Source of the DNA: Phoronis australis
Taxonomy: Eukaryota > Animalia > Phoronida
NCBI GenBank assembly: GCA_002633005.1
Contig: NMRA01000165.1
Location: forward strand, 439,541 to 503,540
Reading direction: 5' to 3'
Length of the DNA: 64,000 nucleotides
This document shows positions 56,829 through 64,000 of this stretch, in pieces. Made by a program: the position numbers and the translations under genes. Each line of letters opens with the position of its first letter. The stretch's first letter is position 1. Below the pieces are notes generated by a model, which saw only the letters and a list, made by a program, of their open reading frames with translations, ran no database searches and was not told the DNA's origin.

Positions 56829-59800
56829 TGTCAGTTTTAAACTGAGTAGTTGAACTGTATTCAACTAGGACCAATTTGAATTCAAAGGGCAAAAAAAGTA
56901 TATTTTGTTTCCATCTCAATTTCATTAAAGACAAATTTGAATTTCACAAAATAGCATGTTCTACAAATAAAACCACATGGAGCAACTTGACAATTCTGCC
57001 CGAGATTTAGGTGAAATATTGGTCAAGCAAAAAAAAAAGAAAAAAAAACAGGCAAAGGATGCATGAATTAAAAGTATCGCATACAAGCAACAAAAACTCA
57101 AATGTGAAATAAATAGAAAAGTGATAGATATACACTAAAAAGTATGAGAGCAAGGTAGTCACTAAGCAACTGTATTAGAAAGTAAAGAAATGTTTCAAAC
57201 ACAGCATCCATGTAACAAAAACACAGTTGTTGAAACAGGGTTGGAAAACATGTTGACTATAATTTTTAAAGGAAATTAGATAAACTTCCATACTTTACAT
57301 TCACAGAATGTCACCAACACTTGTTTTGAAAATATTCAATGGAATTGTTAGCAAGACACTAGCTAACAATGGGATATGACATTAGCTAACAATGGCATAT
57401 GACATTTAGTTGTGTTGGCTGAGACACCGCTTACTCATAATAAACAAATCTCTTATTTTTAACAAGGGTTTAAGAGAATTCATTTTAGTCATTAAACTAG
57501 GGGACATAGAAATCCAAGATGAACCTGATTCTAAAATTTGGCTGGGACATGTGTGATTTTTGCAGTCATTGTATTTCTCAAACACTGCCTGAAAATAAAC
57601 TTCATAAAAGTTGAATCAACTTGTAGCATACCTCCTTTTCAAGGAGACAGTTAATGACAACAATATTGGCTGAAAAACCAAAATTCAGGTTAACATGCCT
57701 AAATTATAAAAATTTCTTGGGGCAGAGCCTGAATAAAGCACCCTGACTTCATACTTTCTTTGTGGAGTGCTAAAAGCATCTCCATATATGTCTTTGTTAA
57801 CCACTGAAAATCGTAGCTGAAAAAGTATGGATTGTGAGAAGATTTTAGAATTACCTTTGAAAAAGTTGCCTGATGACCCAGCATATCTAAGAAAAATTCA
57901 CATGGTTTACTTATTTTTCTGTGGAACAATGGAAATCAAACATGCCCATTAGTACCACTGGTATAGTGCACAAGACACACTGCCATGACAGAGAGCTGTT
58001 AAACAGTGACGCACCAGGGCTTGATATAAGCGAGTGAACGCTCAAAAATACGAATGGAAAAAGTAAAATACAGGTAGAATATTGACCCCAGTAGTATCAC
58101 TGGTACAAGTTCCAAGCTGACAGTCAGCATTCTTTCTTATATTTTGTTTTTTTTTTGGTTTCCACTTTTTTAAGGACCCAATCTGGGAATATGAGTAGCG
58201 AATACGGCATCACCGATTTTCGACTGGACATTTTCGCCTGTGACAAGCATTGCATATAAAGAATAAGCCTAAAATACCTGAAAATGATCATCTAGTATGT
58301 CAGTCAATTTCACAAAAATGTTTTATTTGCAGGACACCCCTGATACACCATAAGCCCACATGGTGAAACATTGACCGCGTGAAACTAGTATTTTACATGT
58401 TAACTGACAAGATGCAAACTGACAGTGCATTACGACAATCTGTGGTCGTGTTTGAGTTGCAAGAAGTTGCACCTGATTATACTGTCCCTTGTTACCTGTC
58501 TTTGCAAACACAAATATGAGTCGTGGTAGATAACCGAAAAATGTGTTGGCAAAACTGCACCAGTTATAACATGCCTGTGTGATAGCTGTGCACGTGCAGT
58601 TTTCAGCTCACACTTATCCTTTGCAAGTGAATAAGGCACTTCACATCAGCGTACCACACAAAAGCCTCAGCCACAATCTTAACTCAGTTTTCATCACAGA
58701 TGAACATGATGACATGAGATCATTATAACATCCAGCTAAACAAAACACGGACAGTGTCGTCTTGACAGGCACACTCTACTCCCTCAAGCAATCTGCATAA
58801 AGTCCTACATTAAAGGTCAAGCCTGCATCACTTAACATTAGCTACAAGCCTGTGTGTCAGGTCATTACTGCCCCACCTGTAACTATTATTTCAATATTAC
58901 AAGTCTGCATCCTGCCAAGGTCAAGCTTCAACTCTAGCTGTCGCCATGTCCTAGCATACTATTCACACAGTCTGTCATACATATGCTTAGCAACCTTAAT
59001 TACAGGCCCCTGTTAACTAGTGCTTACTTTGACAGCAATCAATAACAGCTACTTTCATTTAAAACGTTAATTAAAGCAAAACATTTGACACTAATCCAAG
59101 TCAAATTGTAAAAAGGGTTGCAATGTTGTGAAACAAAGTGAAAACTGAAACTGACAAATTTCAGAGATTTTACGGTTACAACCGAACACTGAATAATTTA
59201 CTAGCGACACCATGCAATCGATAATCTACTTAACATTAAATGTATCTGAACTGGCCAGAAAGGGTTGCTAAGCAACAAGCACTAGAATGCAAACGAACAG
59301 GATTCCATTCAGTTGATATAGATAGAATTTGACAGTTATTTTAAGCCACTTCATTCGAAAGCAACACAATCAGCCTCCAAAATAACAACAACCCAGGGAG
59401 TGTTTTTGAAACCAGTCAAGATCAAAAAGTAGTGAATGGCATTTACTACAGATAGTAGATATGTGGCAGGCATCAGTTTGTCAGCAACTGAGCTTCAGTC
59501 GGTAACTGATCTTCACTTGCTCTTCTATTACAGGAAAATTTCAAGTCTTCAACTTGTACATACTGGTAGTTGTCAATGATATAATATGTCATAACACCTC
59601 ATCATCTTCTTGATGCACAGTTTTAACAAGGACCCTACACATATGCTAAATAGTAAATGATTGCATTATTTTGCAAAAATAATTGCCCTATTTATCACTT
59701 TTCTATTTTCAAAGTCTGACCACCTTGCTGTAAATAATGGAAACACAAAATGTTTATATCATCTGCCCAGTACCAACCACGCTTAGTAGAACTAAAATTC

Positions 59801-62800
59801 CCTTTAAGTCAAAGTTATTTTATATGAGAATTTGACAAAATGAAATTTCTCTTGTCCACCATTTTGTGTTCTAAATAAGTGAATATAGTACTTCCAAATC
59901 GTAATCAAGAGACAGATATTCATTTCACTGTGGTTCTCTTATCATGTTCACAGGGTGAGAACAGAAAGCTGTTATACAAATATCGGGTCAAGGGTGTAAC
60001 ATGGCTGGAATGCAATGCAATTCTGGTGAAGGGGCTATTCACTTTTTAATGCATCTAGTGAACTCCCAACTCCTCAATGAGTATCATGTCTACCTACCAC
60101 AGTGTAATACTCGACCAATCAGTGGTGTGCTAGTTATAACTGAACATCCAAAACTAAGAGCAACCTCCATAATAACATCATGATTTCCACTATGTCTATG
60201 ACAGGTACACTCTGGTCATTCAGGGCTCACCCCAGGTCAACAGGTGCTTCATTAGGACAGGTACAATGCTAATACCCTGGTCATACAGGTCCATTGTTGA
60301 ACAGGGGTTAAGAGTTAGAATGAAAACAAGGGGCAATATGGTACTGAGCCTGTTTTAAACATTGCTGAAGACCTATACCAGAGGAAGGCTGCAGATAATG
60401 ACTGGCACTCAGTGAATATGCAGAAGAGCTCAGTTCATAGCTCACCTCAGAAGCAAAATGAACTGTGGGTAAAATTCAGTATCTAGAAACACTTTCTTTT
60501 TCATTGATGCTCATTGCAACCCTAGATTTTTTCAATCAACTAAAACAAGCTAAATGTTTGTAGCAGGTAATAATGTACAAAATTATTAGAAGTCCCACTT
60601 CGGCTCAGCAACAAGGTGCTAATTAATAGGGCTGTGTTCCGTAGACATAAGAAAGACCACACACTCCTTCCCGAGAAAATCATCATGCATTACAAACCAA
60701 GCATGTGATCACACCAACTTTCTCCCAGACATCTTGGCTGAATCCAGCCCTGGTACAGCAGGAATATGTCAGAGGTTTGTAAGACTTCATGTTGCTTTGA
60801 AGGTCCAGGGCCTTATGGGAACCAGTGCAACAAGAAGGAGATTTGTTTCGTGAAGTTTGGAAACCTGCAAGTACGGTAGTCTATTTCCAGGGATGAGCAT
60901 TTGCCTTAGAATATTTAAAAATTCCATGACCAACTTCACAAATAGACTGACCCCAGTTCAACAGGTCATTCACATTTAGTTTGAATTAGCTGACTGGATG
61001 CCAATGGTGAGTTGAACAAACTCATTATTTAATGAGATTGTGTAATCAATGTTTACTCATAAAACACTCAGTTGGACAGCACATGATACAATCTGCCACT
61101 GAATGGTCTAGGTGATCCCATAGAGAATATTTAGCCCCCAGACTCCTCAAAGAAGATTTGTTACTGATACAATTAATTTCAGCATGACTGTATAGTTGTA
61201 CAATATTAATTTCATTTAGTCAAATTTCGCAATGAAAAATATTAGTATCAAATGAGAAAAAAAAATTCTTTGTCATTAGCACCAAATGTTGGCTATCATG
61301 AACAAAACTTTTGTGAGCATTTTAATTACATAATAAACCATTGAAAACTGAAAGCAATTGAAAAATTTGGCAATTATTTTTGCCAGAAATGTTTACAGAA
61401 CCTAACTCCTAATTCTAACTTAGCTCACTGTAGGTAGACTGATTAGCATGGACTTGAATAGACCACACTGTTCGGATTGTATCAAATTATGTTATTGTTT
61501 AATTAGTCATACTCTGGTTGTATTATGCAGCGTTCAGTCAGACTCAAGTCATACTTGGTTGAGTTGAATGCTCATGTACATGCAATTTTCAAGTAACTAG
61601 TCAAGACACACCTCACTGTTTACAGCAGGCCACATTCACCTATCCAATCAACCCACCCTCGTTTATAGCCCCCACAATATAAAATATGATAACGAATTAA
61701 TGGTCATATAACGACTGGTTCATTGGCCTCACTCACTTCTCTATGCCTACACATGGGGGAATACATCATTGACAGGTGTCTTCAAGAATAAAATGAAACT
61801 CGTGGTGACCATGTGACAAGATGACATCATCTACAGTAGGGAACTCAGGGTGATCATGTGACTAGCATAGCTCCAGGTTAACAATCACACTCATTCAACT
61901 CACAATGGATCTGTTATCACACCTGAACAGGGAAGTACAGTTTCCTGGAAATCAAGAAGGCTGGGTATTTCCAGAACTGACAAGAAAAAACACCACTCAA
62001 CACCTATGCTGTAATTATTTATAGCATTTCTATGTAATGGGATTACCCCTAACCACTGACTGTTATCCATTGTATCCTGATTGACTTTCTAGATAGATCA
62101 TAGTGAAAAATGGGTCATGTTATATACACTTACAGGTAACCAGGCAAGTCTTTTCCTCATTGAATAAAATTTAAAGGTGTGTTATTTATTTCCTGAGGTC
62201 AGCTGATTTATAATCAACATAAGGTTTCATTGATTTCTCAGCCTCGGAGTTTCCCAGAAAGAAAAAGTATCCTTGCAACTACCGGTAATGTCAAATCAAG
62301 ACTACTGGTCTACCATAGATTTTATACAGTCAGAATTTTTTCTGAGGTAGCAACTCCAATTAAGGTTACAAATAACCTTAGAAAAGTCTTCAAATTTGTC
62401 TTACATTGAAACCACATCTCAGAAATGACTGATCAGTTTCAAATGAAGTTTTTAGATATTATGATTACGCACTTTTCCCTAAAGTAAAGTAAAATTTCAA
62501 AAATTTAGGACAAAATATGGCGCACAGGTGAACTATATTTTCTAATCATTTCATAAATGTTATACAGTACCAGAATTATACTGCTTTGTCATATTCAAGT
62601 TGGGTACCGTAGATACCAGCAGACAATATTTTGAAATTTCGTGGGCAATCACAACAACGGAAGAGCCAAAAGTTCTTGAAAAATAATGCAATTTTGGCAA
62701 TTATTATTTTTGTTCAAAATTGGTGAGATTGTACAGTACATTATGACTTGCAGCTGGTGTACATAATCAGTAACACAGATGAAATACCTCATATGTTATG

Positions 62801-64000
62801 AATTGTTGCTGAAATGCGTCGTTTTCCAAATATATTGTCAAATTTTAGAACGTTTAGGATGTCCAAGGAGAAAACAAAAATGACAGACAATATTAAAAAA
62901 TTGAATGAATGCTTAAAAAACATAAAATATGTCAACATCAGTCAGGTTATTACACCTATAGTTTTGCTGTGAACTTTTTTTATTTTTCTAGTATAAAATC
63001 AAAAATCAAATTCTGCACTCTCTACTTTCCAAAAAAACATGAACATTTCTTATTTGGCTAAAGACATAGACTTGGTGACACAGTAATTTATAACTTTTAC
63101 AACAGTTGGTAGAATATAAAAAAGAATGTAAGTAAGAAACTTTCAGATATATCACAAATTCTTCAATTATTATCGAGCATTTTAACTGTTCTTGTATTTT
63201 TGGTTTACATGAGTTGAAGCGTTTCAGAGTTACAAATCAAATTTCATAGTTGTGTCTAAACCAGACATTTCATTGAGTGTCATATGTACCCAGTGGCCTC
63301 CACAGATTAATAAAAAATACCTCTAATGTATAACATGGCTATTGAAAAGTCATGAATTCAAACACATTGACAAATTAATACTTCAACTAGTTAATAAGAC
63401 CTAATTCTTCCATTTCACAATATCACAAGTGCAATGTTATTTTCTAGATTTTACATAATTTACCAAAATGCCATATTCAAGTTCTGAACCACAGCTACCA
63501 ACAGAGAGTATCTTGAATATTGTGGGTATTCACAACAATTGTAAGAAGACATCAAAAAATGAAAAGTAAGATTTTGGAAACTATTTTTGCACCGACATTT
63601 TATCATAGCATTCTGGGAAATAATGGTTTAAAACAAGAAATTAGAGATCAAATTATGCGCAAACAAAATTAAAAACAAATCGACCTTTCTACTATCCTTA
63701 TCAGCTTATGTTGGTAGTGACTCTTCAGTGAAGTATTTCCCATAACATGTACCCTCTTATCAAACCCCACTCAATGATTCCAAATCAAGAACACCAGTAC
63801 TTCATGTGTTCCAATGATTCACGGCTTTGTTAACAAAATGTCAAATATTCCTTCTGCTTTAGATGGACTTTTCAACCTTGTACCAAGTGACCCCTCAAAA
63901 CAGCTGATAAACTAAACAACTTCCCAGAATAGCTGGACAGTGCAGAATCCCAATGACAGCTACAAAAACAAACTTAAAACATGGGGTTAGGAGTTCACCT

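Noticed and set aside
60683-60864. Possible upstream exon of the BID-like gene (acceptor-like ttgcag, open for about 60 codons)
   Set aside because: No convincing phase-1 donor and no BH4-like or other recognisable motif.

Overview
AT-rich, intron-containing animal genomic DNA, probably an invertebrate deuterostome (inferred from divergence and repeat content, not proven). It holds three spliced genes in the order and orientation known from the vertebrate ATP6V1E1-BCL2L13-BID locus. (1) A complete 9-exon V-ATPase subunit E gene on the minus strand (1132-14673, 226 aa). (2) Head-to-head with it, a BCL2L13/Bcl-rambo orthologue on the plus strand (CDS 21533-49961). Its Bcl-2 domain splices in frame to two giant exons and a C-terminal membrane anchor, predicting about 4,200 aa. 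(3) Tail-to-tail with that, a 5'-incomplete BID-clade Bcl-2 gene on the minus strand (53589 to at least 56712) with a caspase-8-type site, two BH3 motifs, an intact BH2 and no membrane anchor. Both Bcl-2 genes carry a BID-like DLQ[V/I]D|GGG motif. The introns contain many non-autonomous DNA transposons (Helentron/HINE-like elements with CTCF-like motif arrays, Kolobok/THAP derivatives, Harbinger, a Transib-like element, hAT-like) and several minisatellites. A 467-bp duplication around the N at 44679 is most likely an assembly artefact.
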